From an uncultured Methanoregulaceae archaeon (GTDB lineage: Archaea; Halobacteriota; Methanomicrobia; Methanomicrobiales; Methanospirillaceae), in assembly GCA_963717525.1 (NCBI GenBank), contig OY970343.1, positions 64,001 to 128,000 of the forward strand: DNA of 64,000 nucleotides, in the 5' to 3' direction. Made by a program: the position numbers and the translations under genes. Shown here one piece after another: positions 34,189 through 43,643 of this stretch (the stretch's first letter is position 1; each line of letters opens with the position of its first letter). The notes below the pieces were generated by a model. The model was not told the origin of the DNA and did not search any database. It saw only the letters and a program-made list of their open reading frames with translations.

Positions 34189-34518
34189 GAGGGGCGGGGG
34201 TACCCCCCTGTTGGCCCGGCACATGGGGGGGAGGGTACCCCTCACCTAGAAAAAAGAAGGGAGGGGGGGTGGCGGTCACCCCCCTCCCTCCCTTGTCCGC
34301 ATCCGGCTCCTTTTCTGCATGGCCGAAACCGGTGGTTCGCGTGGAATTGCCGGCGTGAATTGTGGAGTTTGCGTTTTTGGGGGATTATCATTTGATTGCC
34401 CGGCTGGGGACCTGAGGGGGAGGGGGTACCCCCTAGTTGCCCGGACACATGGGGGGGAGGGTACCCCCCACTTGAAAAAAAGAAGAGAGGGGGGGTGGGG
34501 ACCACCCCCCTCCCCCCC
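34189..34518. repeat. Two imperfect ~105 bp direct repeats rich in G/C runs with internal palindromes
   Basis: Copies at ~34189-34292 and ~34414-34518: GGGGTACCCC...CACATGGGGGGGAGGGTACCCC...GAAAAAAGAAG.GAGGGGGGGTGG...ACCCCCCTCCC. Confidence 0.85.
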
Positions 34519-34625
34519 ATGCGGGCAAAGGCCAGCCCGGATCCTGCACGTGAACTCATTTTCTGCCAGGTGCAGAACGGGATAAGAAAAAAGAGGAAAG
34601 GATGCGGTACCGGGCGCTTACCCGC

Positions 34626-35141
34626 TCACTCCGGGGTTGCCTCGATCACGAGGCTGAAGGTGTCAGCAGCGGATGATGCGCCTTCCCACGGGCGCATATA
34701 GGTCGCTTTGAAGGTGTAGGTACCTACGGTGTCCGGCGCAAGGATCCATTCATGGTAGCCGCCCGCCCCGATCAGGGTGGTGTTGGGGGGGTAGTAGGTG
34801 TCAGAGATGACCGAAAGACCCTTCGAAGCAGTTGCGTTCCACATGTACCCGGTTGTCGGGTTCTCGTTCAGGCTGACCAGCACCCGCTCGCTGGCCGGGA
34901 CCGTCAGGATATCCCCGTTTGAGCTGCTGTTCACAAGGATGGTCGTTACCGAAGCACTGGTGGAAACCGGTGTGACCGCTGTGCTTGCTGCAGGAACGGT
35001 GACAACCGCATTGGCAGTCGCTGCCGGTACGCCGGCCGGCGTGACCGTGGAAGGTGCGGAATTTTCAGTGCATCCTGCCATGAGTGCGGCTGCGAGGATA
35101 AAAATGCAGCCGATGGCAGTGATCAGGTAAGTTGTTTTCAT
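34626..35141 (-). CDS. Chagasin (I42) protease-inhibitor lipoprotein
   Basis: MAGC lipobox, NPTTGY, GAGG, RPWE motifs. Confidence 0.92.
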   Translation of the reverse strand: MKTTYLITAIGCIFILAAALMAGCTENSAPSTVTPAGVPAATANAVVTVPAASTAVTPVSTSASVTTILVNSSSNGDILTVPASERVLVSLNENPTTGYMWNATASKGLSVISDTYYPPNTTLIGAGGYHEWILAPDTVGTYTFKATYMRPWEGASSAADTFSLVIEATPE

Positions 35142-35286
35142 GCAGGTCACCTGTTGAATATACACAATTTTTGCGGGAATTTTAATAAATCTGGCGTTAA
35201 CTACGATTTTTTTTGCAGTCATCCGCCGGATCCGCACCGGATCGATCTGCCTTTTAGCCTCGTGTGCACAACCTATCAGCGATTAC

Positions 35287-36222
35287 ATGAAACCGGGCCC
35301 GGAGGACAGGGGAGATGGGGGAGCATCAGCCTCAAAAGAGCAGACGGTCGTATTCAGCCTCCTCTGCGACATCGCCCTTTGGCTGCCGGAGATCGCGGCG
35401 GTCGTCCTCTCCGGCTCCGTCACCCTTTTTGCGGATGTCCTCAAAGACGGAAACGAGATCCTCGCCACCGCCTTTGCCCTTATTATCCTTTTAAAGATGA
35501 AAAACGGGGCGGGTTTCACCTACGATTACGGTATGGGAAAGTTCGAGACCTTCACCCGGAGCGCCACCGGGGCCGTCATGCTCGTCTCCATCTTCATCAT
35601 CTTCCTTACCGCATTCAACCGGATCTTCACTCCCGAAACACTCCAGCCGACTGGTGCGTTCATCGCTGTCCCGCTCATGATCCTCTCTGCTGTCATCGAC
35701 ACGTTCCTCTGGCAGAAGAACTACCGGATCTCCCTTACCGACCCCTCGCCCATCATGGAAGCCCAGTGGCGGCTCCGGCGGGCAAAAGCCTTTGCCGACA
35801 TCGCGGTCCTCCTCTCCCTGGTCCTCTCCTTTGCCCTTATCGCATACACCTGGGCGGTCTATATCGACCCGGTGGTATCGTTTATCATCATCGGGTTCCT
35901 GCTCATCGCAGGTTTCCGGGAGATATCCTCCTCGCTCCCCGATCTCTTCGACAAGACCCTTGAAGAGGAACTCCAGATCGTGATCTTAAAGGAACTCTCC
36001 GCGTTCTTTAACGAATACGAAGGGTTCTACGGTGTCCGATCGAGGCGTTCCGGCAGCAAGATCTATATCGACATCTTCCTTGGTTTCGATCAGGAGCGGA
36101 AGATGGGCACGGTGCAGGACACCAGCGACCGGCTCAGGACCTCTCTTGAAGGGAAGATCCCCGGCAGCATCGTCTCCATCGTCCCCACGAGCGAACGATC
36201 TGCACCCGTCTGCCACCGGTAA
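35287..36222 (+). CDS. Cation diffusion facilitator transporter
   Basis: SGSVTLFAD, YDYGMGKFE, IDPV, RSRRSG motifs. Confidence 0.85.
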   Translation: MKPGPEDRGDGGASASKEQTVVFSLLCDIALWLPEIAAVVLSGSVTLFADVLKDGNEILATAFALIILLKMKNGAGFTYDYGMGKFETFTRSATGAVMLVSIFIIFLTAFNRIFTPETLQPTGAFIAVPLMILSAVIDTFLWQKNYRISLTDPSPIMEAQWRLRRAKAFADIAVLLSLVLSFALIAYTWAVYIDPVVSFIIIGFLLIAGFREISSSLPDLFDKTLEEELQIVILKELSAFFNEYEGFYGVRSRRSGSKIYIDIFLGFDQERKMGTVQDTSDRLRTSLEGKIPGSIVSIVPTSERSAPVCHR

Positions 36223-36333
36223 ACCGCCCCGGTCCGGATCATTATCCCCGGGCGCTCAACAGAAGTGTCTTTTTTTATGGAAATTGTTTAATAACGTACA
36301 CGACAACCCGATCGTATCGAGTGTGCACTTCCT

Positions 36334-38634
36334 GTGATCCATATTCTTTGCATTGACGATGAACCAGCCCTGCTCGATCTCACGCGGTTGTTTCTCGAGA
36401 AGACCGGTGAATTCAGCGTCAACCCGGTCGTTTCCGCGGAGGAGGCGCTCGCGCTCCTCGCGGATCACCACTTCGATGTCATCGTCTCCGATTACCAGAT
36501 GCCGGGAATGAACGGGATCACGTTTTTACAGCAGATCAGGCGTTCGGGGATTACCGTCCCGTTCATCATCTTCACCGGAAAAGGACGGGAAGAGGTTGTG
36601 ATCGAGGCTATCAACAGCGGTGCCGACTCCTATCTCCAGAAAGGGGGCAATCCCCGGGCCCAGTTTGCCGAACTTGCGGAGAAGATCCGCCAGATGGTCA
36701 GGAGGTCGCGTGCCGAACGCGCACTCCGGGAGGCCGAGGCACGGTACCGGGCGATCTTCCAGAATGCATCTGATATCATACGGATTATCGACCGTGATGG
36801 CAGGATCGCGTGGGACTCCCCCTCCTCGTCAAAGATCCTCGGGTATCCTCCCGGTTCGTTAAACGGGAAGGACCCGCTGGACTATATCCATCCCGACGAC
36901 CGGGATCGTATCAGGTCCGATCTTGCCGCCGTCCGCGAGGACAGAAATTCCGGGTTCCCGTCAGAATTCCGCGTGCGCAGGGCAGACGGAAGTTATCTCT
37001 GGGTCGAATCGATCGCTTCCAACCTTACCGGTGTGGAGGGCGTGGACGGTATTGTGGCCACCACCCGGCCGATCGCAGAACGGAAAGAAGCCGAGGAGCG
37101 ACAGAAAAGGAACCACGAGGAAGTGTCCGCCGCGTTCGAACAGCTGACCGCAACCGAGGAAGAGCTGCGCCAGAACTACAACGAGCTCGCCATGAGCGAA
37201 CACCGGCGTGCAGAGACAGAGCAGATGGTCCGGGCCTCGGAGGCGTTCCTGAAATGCGTGATCGCCGATGTCCGGGAAGGCATTATCGCCTTTGATTCCG
37301 GCCTCCACGTCACCCTCTGGAACCCTTTTATGGAAGAGCTGACCGGGATCCCTCCCGCCGATGTCATCGGAAAAGACCTGTGTACCTGTTTTCCTCAGCT
37401 GAAAAATAACGGGATCCCCGGCACGATTGCGCGTGCGCTCGCAGGAGAGACGGTGGAGACCCCCGATATCGAGCTCACCCTGAGCATAAAAAAGAAAGAG
37501 ACGATCTTTGTACGGGGCATCGTCTCCCCCCTCAGGAGCCATGAGGGATCGGTTATAGGGGTCATCGGGGTTGTCCAGGATATCTCCGCGCGCAAGAACG
37601 CCGAGCTTGCGCTGCTCTCGGCCACCCGGGATCTCCACGAGAGCGAGGAAAAGTACCGGAATGTCTTTGAAGCAAAGAACGATCCCCTTATCCTTGCCGA
37701 TGCAGAGACCCGGGCCATCCTCGATCTTAACCCGGCCGCATCCGAACTGTACGGGTATTCCCGTGAGGAGATGCTCGGGATGGTGTTACTGGACCTTTCT
37801 GCCGAACCGGAGAAGACAAAGGAGGCACTTGACCGGAAGGTCCCCCGGGTCGCCCTCCGGTATCACCGCAAAAAAGACGGCCTGGTCTTTCCCGCCGACA
37901 TCGCGCTTGCCTACTTCACCCTCAAGGGACGGTCGGTCCTTATTCTCTCGATCCGAGACCTGACCGGGGTCCAGCAGATAGGCGATGCCCTGAGGATTGC
38001 AAACGTCAAGCTCAACCTCATGATCGGGGTGACCCGGCACGACGTACTCAACTCGCTTACCGTGCTCATTGCGTACAACGGCTTTCTCAGGGAACGGGAA
38101 CTCGATGACCCGACCCGGGATCTTCTGGAGAAGCAGGAAAAAGCCCTGCTTGCGATCCGCAACCAGATCGAGTTCACCCGTTCCTATGATGATCTCGGGG
38201 TCAAGTCCCCGCTCTGGCAACACATCGGGAATACGGCAGCGCGGGCTTACGCCCAGTTCATCAATACAATCTCGTTTACCTGTGAGGCCGGTGACCTTGA
38301 GATCTACGCGGACCCGATGCTTGAGAAAGTGTTCTACAACCTCTTCGATAACGCGTTCCGGTACGGTGAAGGGGTCACGAAAGTCAGGCTCTCCGGGGCC
38401 ATTGACGGGACAGACCTCCTCCTCTATTTTGAGGACAACGGGATCGGTATTGTGGAGAACGAGAAGACGCGGATCTTCTCCCGGGGCATCGGCAAGAACA
38501 CCGGGCTCGGCCTCTTCCTGACCCGGGAGATCCTTGCTATCACCCGGATCGGGATTTCAGAGACCGGGGAGTACCGGAAAGGGGCACGTTTTACGCTCCG
38601 GGTGCCCCGGGGTGCGTACCGGCTGATGAAATGA
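36334..38634 (+). CDS. Hybrid sensor: receiver, 3 PAS domains, histidine kinase
   Basis: SDYQMP receiver, PAS repeats, RHDVLN H-box, NLFDNA, DNGIG, GLGL motifs. Confidence 0.92.
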   Translation: MIHILCIDDEPALLDLTRLFLEKTGEFSVNPVVSAEEALALLADHHFDVIVSDYQMPGMNGITFLQQIRRSGITVPFIIFTGKGREEVVIEAINSGADSYLQKGGNPRAQFAELAEKIRQMVRRSRAERALREAEARYRAIFQNASDIIRIIDRDGRIAWDSPSSSKILGYPPGSLNGKDPLDYIHPDDRDRIRSDLAAVREDRNSGFPSEFRVRRADGSYLWVESIASNLTGVEGVDGIVATTRPIAERKEAEERQKRNHEEVSAAFEQLTATEEELRQNYNELAMSEHRRAETEQMVRASEAFLKCVIADVREGIIAFDSGLHVTLWNPFMEELTGIPPADVIGKDLCTCFPQLKNNGIPGTIARALAGETVETPDIELTLSIKKKETIFVRGIVSPLRSHEGSVIGVIGVVQDISARKNAELALLSATRDLHESEEKYRNVFEAKNDPLILADAETRAILDLNPAASELYGYSREEMLGMVLLDLSAEPEKTKEALDRKVPRVALRYHRKKDGLVFPADIALAYFTLKGRSVLILSIRDLTGVQQIGDALRIANVKLNLMIGVTRHDVLNSLTVLIAYNGFLRERELDDPTRDLLEKQEKALLAIRNQIEFTRSYDDLGVKSPLWQHIGNTAARAYAQFINTISFTCEAGDLEIYADPMLEKVFYNLFDNAFRYGEGVTKVRLSGAIDGTDLLLYFEDNGIGIVENEKTRIFSRGIGKNTGLGLFLTREILAITRIGISETGEYRKGARFTLRVPRGAYRLMK

Positions 38635-38686
38635 CCGCCCGGCCCGTGTCTGTCGGGCATGGCAAAGGGTATTTTTGCGGGGTGTC

Positions 38687-39628
38687 TTATGAGTCCGCAA
38701 TCCCGGCAGCGTAATGGTGCGATCTCTGGTGGACGCTCCCGATAAGCGACTTCTCGAAGCACTCATCCTCGCTGACCGGGCGGGAGATGTACCCGAGGGC
38801 ATGGAGCGTCCGGGCAAATTTCATGGTGGATGCGATATATTCTGGCGGCAGTGCGGCACAGTACTTTGGTGAGATGCGATAGGTGTCCAGGACGAATGCT
38901 GCATCCACCATGCCGGTCGTCTCTGCCACAATCCGGGCACAGGTGGCGGGATCATGGCGGATCCATTCGCAGGCGGCCTCGTGGGCGGTCAGGAACCGGG
39001 TGAGCAGGTCGCGCTTATTGAGCATCTCCCGCATGACGACGATCCCGTAACTCGGGTTGAACGGCCAGAGCTGATCGGGCGGCACTGCGAGCCGGGCGTT
39101 CCCGTACCGACGTGCTGTTGTTGCAAGCGCCGGCGTCCCGGCAGCTGCCGCAATCTCCCCGTTTAACAGGGCATCGGGAAGGAAATCGGCCCAGGGGTAA
39201 TTACGCACCGTGATATCCATTCTTTTGTTTTCCTTAAGCAGATCATTGACGATCACGTCATGAATGGATCCCTTCGGCGGCGTTCCTATGGCCTTGCCGG
39301 ACAGCTGGGAGAGGAACTCCTGCATGCTGCCGCATTCACCGAGGGTCCGGGTGGTCCTGCCTGCGATCATGACCGTGCCCTCGATGTGGCCCCCCGCGAT
39401 GCAGGCGAGCTTCAGCCCCCGGTCTATCCCGATGATGACCGGGGGGAGGCCGATATATCCGAGATCAAGCGTGCTGGCCTGCATGGCGTTGATGATGTCC
39501 GGCCCCGAGGGAAAGAGTGTCCACGTAGCGTGAATATTCTGCTCCTGGAGGAGGCCGGATCCCCGGAGCAGGAAGGCGGTATGGTACAGGGTGGAGAGGT
39601 GGCCGATCCTGATCGTTTCCTGCGCCAT
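38687..39628 (-). CDS. SsuA/TauA/NMT1-fold substrate-binding-like protein lacking a signal peptide
   Basis: FPSGPDIINAM..DLGYIGLPP and GKAIGTPPKGSIHD motifs; begins directly with TIRIG. Confidence 0.8.
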   Translation of the reverse strand: MAQETIRIGHLSTLYHTAFLLRGSGLLQEQNIHATWTLFPSGPDIINAMQASTLDLGYIGLPPVIIGIDRGLKLACIAGGHIEGTVMIAGRTTRTLGECGSMQEFLSQLSGKAIGTPPKGSIHDVIVNDLLKENKRMDITVRNYPWADFLPDALLNGEIAAAAGTPALATTARRYGNARLAVPPDQLWPFNPSYGIVVMREMLNKRDLLTRFLTAHEAACEWIRHDPATCARIVAETTGMVDAAFVLDTYRISPKYCAALPPEYIASTMKFARTLHALGYISRPVSEDECFEKSLIGSVHQRSHHYAAGIADS

Positions 39629-39631
39629 GGT

Positions 39632-40120
39632 TCACCCGACCTTTTTGAGCACTGCAGTGATCGCCTCGTCAACGCAGGAGAGTTCGGGGCGGAGCATCCC
39701 GACCGGCACGTCCACGATCTTCTCTACTATCGAAGCAAGGATCGGGGCGCAGATGATCCCCGACGCCCCGTCCTTCTCCGCCCGGGCAGCCGCAACGATG
39801 CATTCTTCGAGAGAGTGGGCGGAGTAGCCCCTGACGGCAAATTTCTGCCCTCTGGATTCCACTTCCCGGGTTGTAAAGGAGTCGAGCAGGAACTTGGCCG
39901 CGATCACCGCGATGAACCGGTGGCGTTCCGGCTCAAGGACGGCGACGATCTTTTTCACGGTCGAGAGCCGGGGGTCCCGCTCCCCCAGCGTCACCTTGTA
40001 CAGCGTCGAGGCCGGGATACCGGTCTGCTCTGCGAGCTCCTTTACCGTCATGTTCCTGCGCTCCAGTTCCTCGTTTAACGCTGTGGTAAAATCGGTCTCG
40101 AAGATCCTTTTTGAGAACAT
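39632..40120 (-). CDS. XRE/Cro-type HTH transcriptional regulator with C-terminal domain
   Basis: MTVKELAEQTGIPASTLYKV...RDPRLST motif. Confidence 0.85.
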   Translation of the reverse strand: MFSKRIFETDFTTALNEELERRNMTVKELAEQTGIPASTLYKVTLGERDPRLSTVKKIVAVLEPERHRFIAVIAAKFLLDSFTTREVESRGQKFAVRGYSAHSLEECIVAAARAEKDGASGIICAPILASIVEKIVDVPVGMLRPELSCVDEAITAVLKKVG

Positions 40121-40223
40121 ATTATCCTTTAAGTGGTGTTTTAAAGGTTATAATTATTACTATAAGGTTAATTTATTTGCAAAATAGGAAAAATATTTGA
40201 ACCGGCCAACCCATGATCCTGCG

Positions 40224-41036
40224 ATGTACAGCGATCAAACCTACGAACTGACGGTGCTCCCCGGCACTACCCGGGACGGGGAAAAGGAAGGATTTGACCG
40301 GATCGTGATCCGCCCGGGCGACACCCTCTCGATCGTAGGGCCGACCGGCTCGGGGAAATCCGCGTTCATCAACGATATCGAGGTCCTTGCGCAGGAAGAT
40401 ACGGTGACAGGACGCAGCATCCTTGTCAACGGGGAGGAGCCCCTGGAAGACCTCGTGCGCGACCCGGCAAAAAAGCCCATCGCGCTCATCACCCAGAACA
40501 CCCGGGTCATTGCGGATCTTTCCGTTGCCCGGTTCCTCGCGCTTCACCTGCAGGCCCGGGATACCGGTGCCGATTCCCTGATCGCCGGCACCATAGCGCT
40601 TGCAAACGAGTTTACCGGGGAGAAGATTGCCGGGTCCATGCGGATGACCGGGCTCTCGGGCGGCCAGACCCGGTCGCTTCTTATCGCTGATGCGATCCTT
40701 ATCGGCCAGACACCAATCCTGCTCCTCGATGAAGTGGAAAACGCCGGCATCAACAAGGAACGGGTCATTTCCTGCCTGCGGGAATACAAGAAAGCCGTGA
40801 TCTTCGTCACGCACGATCCCTATATCGCGCTCATTTCCGACCGGCGGATCGTGATGAAGAACGGTGCCGTGACCGCCGTTCTCGAACCCGACGGCTCTGA
40901 GTGCGATATTATCGGAACTGTGTCCGGTATGGATGCGTTCCTGTGGGATCTCCGGGAGAAGATCCGCAGTGGGGAGCTGGTCAGCAATCCTGAAAAAACC
41001 CAGGCAGCTCCCAAAAAGACTGGTATTACGGCATGA
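40224..41036 (+). CDS. Stand-alone ABC-type ATPase
   Basis: GPTGSGKS, LSGGQ, LLLDEVEN, VTHD motifs; no permease nearby. Confidence 0.85.
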   Translation: MYSDQTYELTVLPGTTRDGEKEGFDRIVIRPGDTLSIVGPTGSGKSAFINDIEVLAQEDTVTGRSILVNGEEPLEDLVRDPAKKPIALITQNTRVIADLSVARFLALHLQARDTGADSLIAGTIALANEFTGEKIAGSMRMTGLSGGQTRSLLIADAILIGQTPILLLDEVENAGINKERVISCLREYKKAVIFVTHDPYIALISDRRIVMKNGAVTAVLEPDGSECDIIGTVSGMDAFLWDLREKIRSGELVSNPEKTQAAPKKTGITA

Positions 41037-41740
41037 GACTCGTGATTGTCGCCGGCCCGCCAAGCGCCGGCAAAACCGCGGTCATCCGCCAGATCATCAG
41101 GAAATTTGTGAAGACTGACACACCTGCGTACCTTAAGATCGATGTCGTGAAAGCGTTCGAGGACGAGGAACTCCGCGAGGAATTCGGCATTCCCACACGG
41201 AAGGTCTATTCCGGCGACCTCTGCCCCGACCATATGGGCATCATGGTGCTCAGGGACGCGATCACATGGGCAGAGGGGATCGGGGCCGGCATGCTCATTA
41301 TCGAGAGCGCCGGGCTCTGTCTCCGGTGTACACCGTACACGACGCAGGCGTTTGGCATTGCTGTGCTCCCCGCAGTATCCGGCAGCAACGCCCCGCTCAA
41401 AATGGCGCCCCTGATCGCCCTTGCTGATGCGGCGGTCGTCACCAAGACCGACCTTATTTCGCAGGCAGAAAAAGAGGTGTTCCGGGAGTGTATCCGGAGC
41501 GTTGTCCCGAAGATCGACATAATAGAAACCAATGCTGTGCAGGGTACAGGTCTTCGCTACCTGCTCCAGGCCATCAGCAGGTATCCCGGGATCAGCGATT
41601 TGGAGACCATCGCGCTGCGGGGCACGCCGCCGCTTGGGGTCTGCACCATCTGCATCGGTAAAAAAGAGATCGGCTGGCAGCACCATTTTGGCGTGATCCG
41701 GCCTCTCGCGGAGGCTGACAATCTCTACCGGGGAGACTAA
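41033..41740 (+). CDS. HypB/UreG-like (G3E) GTPase
   Basis: GPPSAGKT, LCPDH, ESAGLCLRC, TKTD motifs, C-terminal CTIC. Confidence 0.82.
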   Translation: MRLVIVAGPPSAGKTAVIRQIIRKFVKTDTPAYLKIDVVKAFEDEELREEFGIPTRKVYSGDLCPDHMGIMVLRDAITWAEGIGAGMLIIESAGLCLRCTPYTTQAFGIAVLPAVSGSNAPLKMAPLIALADAAVVTKTDLISQAEKEVFRECIRSVVPKIDIIETNAVQGTGLRYLLQAISRYPGISDLETIALRGTPPLGVCTICIGKKEIGWQHHFGVIRPLAEADNLYRGD

Positions 41741-41745
41741 CCGCC

Positions 41746-42360
41746 ATGGCATGGGATCCCCCCGGCAAGGATTGCGGCTCGTGCGGCCTTCCTGCCTGCA
41801 GTGAGTTTGTAAGGGCAGTAAAAAAAGGTGACAAGGCTGAGACCGACTGCCCGTTTTATACCGTGGAGCAATGCGCTTCATGTGCGCCTGCCCGGTACTC
41901 AGGAACTGACGTGACCGGGGCTAAATATGACTTTATCATCCATGCCTTTCCCGGCGAACCGTCGGCCCGCAAGTTCATCGTGCCGTTCCGGGCTGACCTC
42001 GTGGAGAAGTGGGATATCCGGCCGGGTGCGCTTGTCACCGGCCGCCCCGCCGGGCCCGGGTGCCCGGTTTACCACGCGCTCCGTGTCCTCTCTGCCAACC
42101 CGGTCACCGGGGTGCTCGCGTGCCATACGGTCGGGCCTCTTGTGGCACGCAGGGAAAAGGCGTTTGACGTGCAGGCCTACCATGTCCACGCATTCGAGGG
42201 TATTGCGGAGACTATCCTGCGCCCCCCTACCCTTGGCCTGCGGCAGCGTTTCCTCCCGGGCTACTGCATGATGGATCTGTCCCACACGGCAGTCGTCAAC
42301 ATGGTCTTAAAGAAAAAAGACGGCGTGCATGTGAGAGTAGAGGACATCCGTATCCAGTGA
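41746..42360 (+). CDS. (Fe-S)-binding protein
   Basis: N-terminal PGKDCGSCGLPAC...CP 4Fe-4S module; further GCPVYH and YCMM motifs. Confidence 0.8.
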   Translation: MAWDPPGKDCGSCGLPACSEFVRAVKKGDKAETDCPFYTVEQCASCAPARYSGTDVTGAKYDFIIHAFPGEPSARKFIVPFRADLVEKWDIRPGALVTGRPAGPGCPVYHALRVLSANPVTGVLACHTVGPLVARREKAFDVQAYHVHAFEGIAETILRPPTLGLRQRFLPGYCMMDLSHTAVVNMVLKKKDGVHVRVEDIRIQ

Positions 42361-42367
42361 GCGTTGT

Positions 42368-43643
42368 ATGATTCCGAAATACCGCATCCGGTGTGTCAGT
42401 GGGGGGGAGATTGTTCCCGATATGGCCTCCCTGTCCTGCCCGGCCGGCCATGATTCCCTCCTGCGCACCGAGTATAGCCGCCGCAGGTTACAGCCTGCAC
42501 CTCAGAGCGGGATCTTCCGGTACCTCTGCTGGCTGCCGGTGACCCGCCCGCTGCTGCCCTCAGGAGGCCCGGTGACGTTTACGAGCGCCGCGTTCTCCCG
42601 CGAGCTTGGCCTTCCCCGGTTAGCCATCTCATTTTCCGGGTACTTCCCGGAACAACATGCCTCCCTTACCACCGGTTCATTCAAGGAACTCGAGGCCCTG
42701 CCTACCCTGCAACGGCTCTGGGAACTGGGAAAGAAAATCCCGGTGATCGCCTCTGCGGGAAACACCGGCCGGGCCTTTGCCGGGCTCTCGGCTCAGGTAC
42801 AAAAAGCCGGTGGTGGTAGTGGTGCCAAAGGATGCCGTCTCCCGTCTCTGGACGACCACTCCTGCACATGATGTCTTCCTTGTGGCAGTTAAAGGGGACT
42901 ACACGGATGCAATCGCCGTGAGCACTGCGCTTGCTGCTGTCCCCGGGTGCGTGCCCGAAGGCGGGGCAAGGAACGTTGCACGCCGTGACGGGATGGGCAC
43001 CGTGATGCTCGATGCGGCAGTCACGCTGGGCAGAATACCTGATCACTATTTCCAGGCAGTCGGGAGCGGGACAGGAGCTATTGCCGCATGGGAGGCGGCG
43101 ATCCGGCTCATCGGGGACGGCAGGTACGGCACGGCTCTCCCCCGCCTCCACCTCGCCCAGAACAAACCCTTCACCCCGATGTTCTCAGCATGGCAGCAGC
43201 GTCGCCGGAGTATTAACCCGGAGCTTGATATGCCGGATGCACAAAATGCCATACAGGAAGTCATGTCCCCGGTCCTTACCAACCGCAACCCTCCCTACGG
43301 TATTGCAGGAGGGCTCTTTGACGCCCTGCAGGCAACGGACGGGTGGATGTATGCAGTATCGAACGAGGAGGGAAGGAAGGCGATGCAGCTCATCCGGGAC
43401 ACTGTGGGGATCGATCCCGACCCGGCAGCGGCAGTCGCCACCGCGGCGCTCATGCAGGCAGCAGAAACCGGGGCCGTTGGCCCGGACGATTATATCCTTC
43501 TCAACATCACGGGAGGAGGATACGAGAGGATCCGGGAGGATTATACCCTCTCTCCCGTAGAAGTGTCAGCCACGGTAACTCCTGACGAGCCCCGCGACAG
43601 GATTATTGCAGAACTAAAAAAGTGGGTGGCACACTATGGATGA
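42368..43643 (+). CDS. Cysteate synthase (coenzyme M biosynthesis); apparent frameshift near 42803
   Basis: Threonine-synthase-like: TGSFKELEA, ASAGNTGRAF, EGGARNVARRDGMG, QAVGSGTG motifs; adjacent to comDE. Confidence 0.9.

Noticed and set aside
34189..34518. CRISPR array
   Set aside because: Only two long imperfect copies, no repeat-spacer periodicity and no cas genes.
34007..34701. Gly/Pro-rich ORFs on both strands
   Set aside because: They are translations of the G/C-run repeat.
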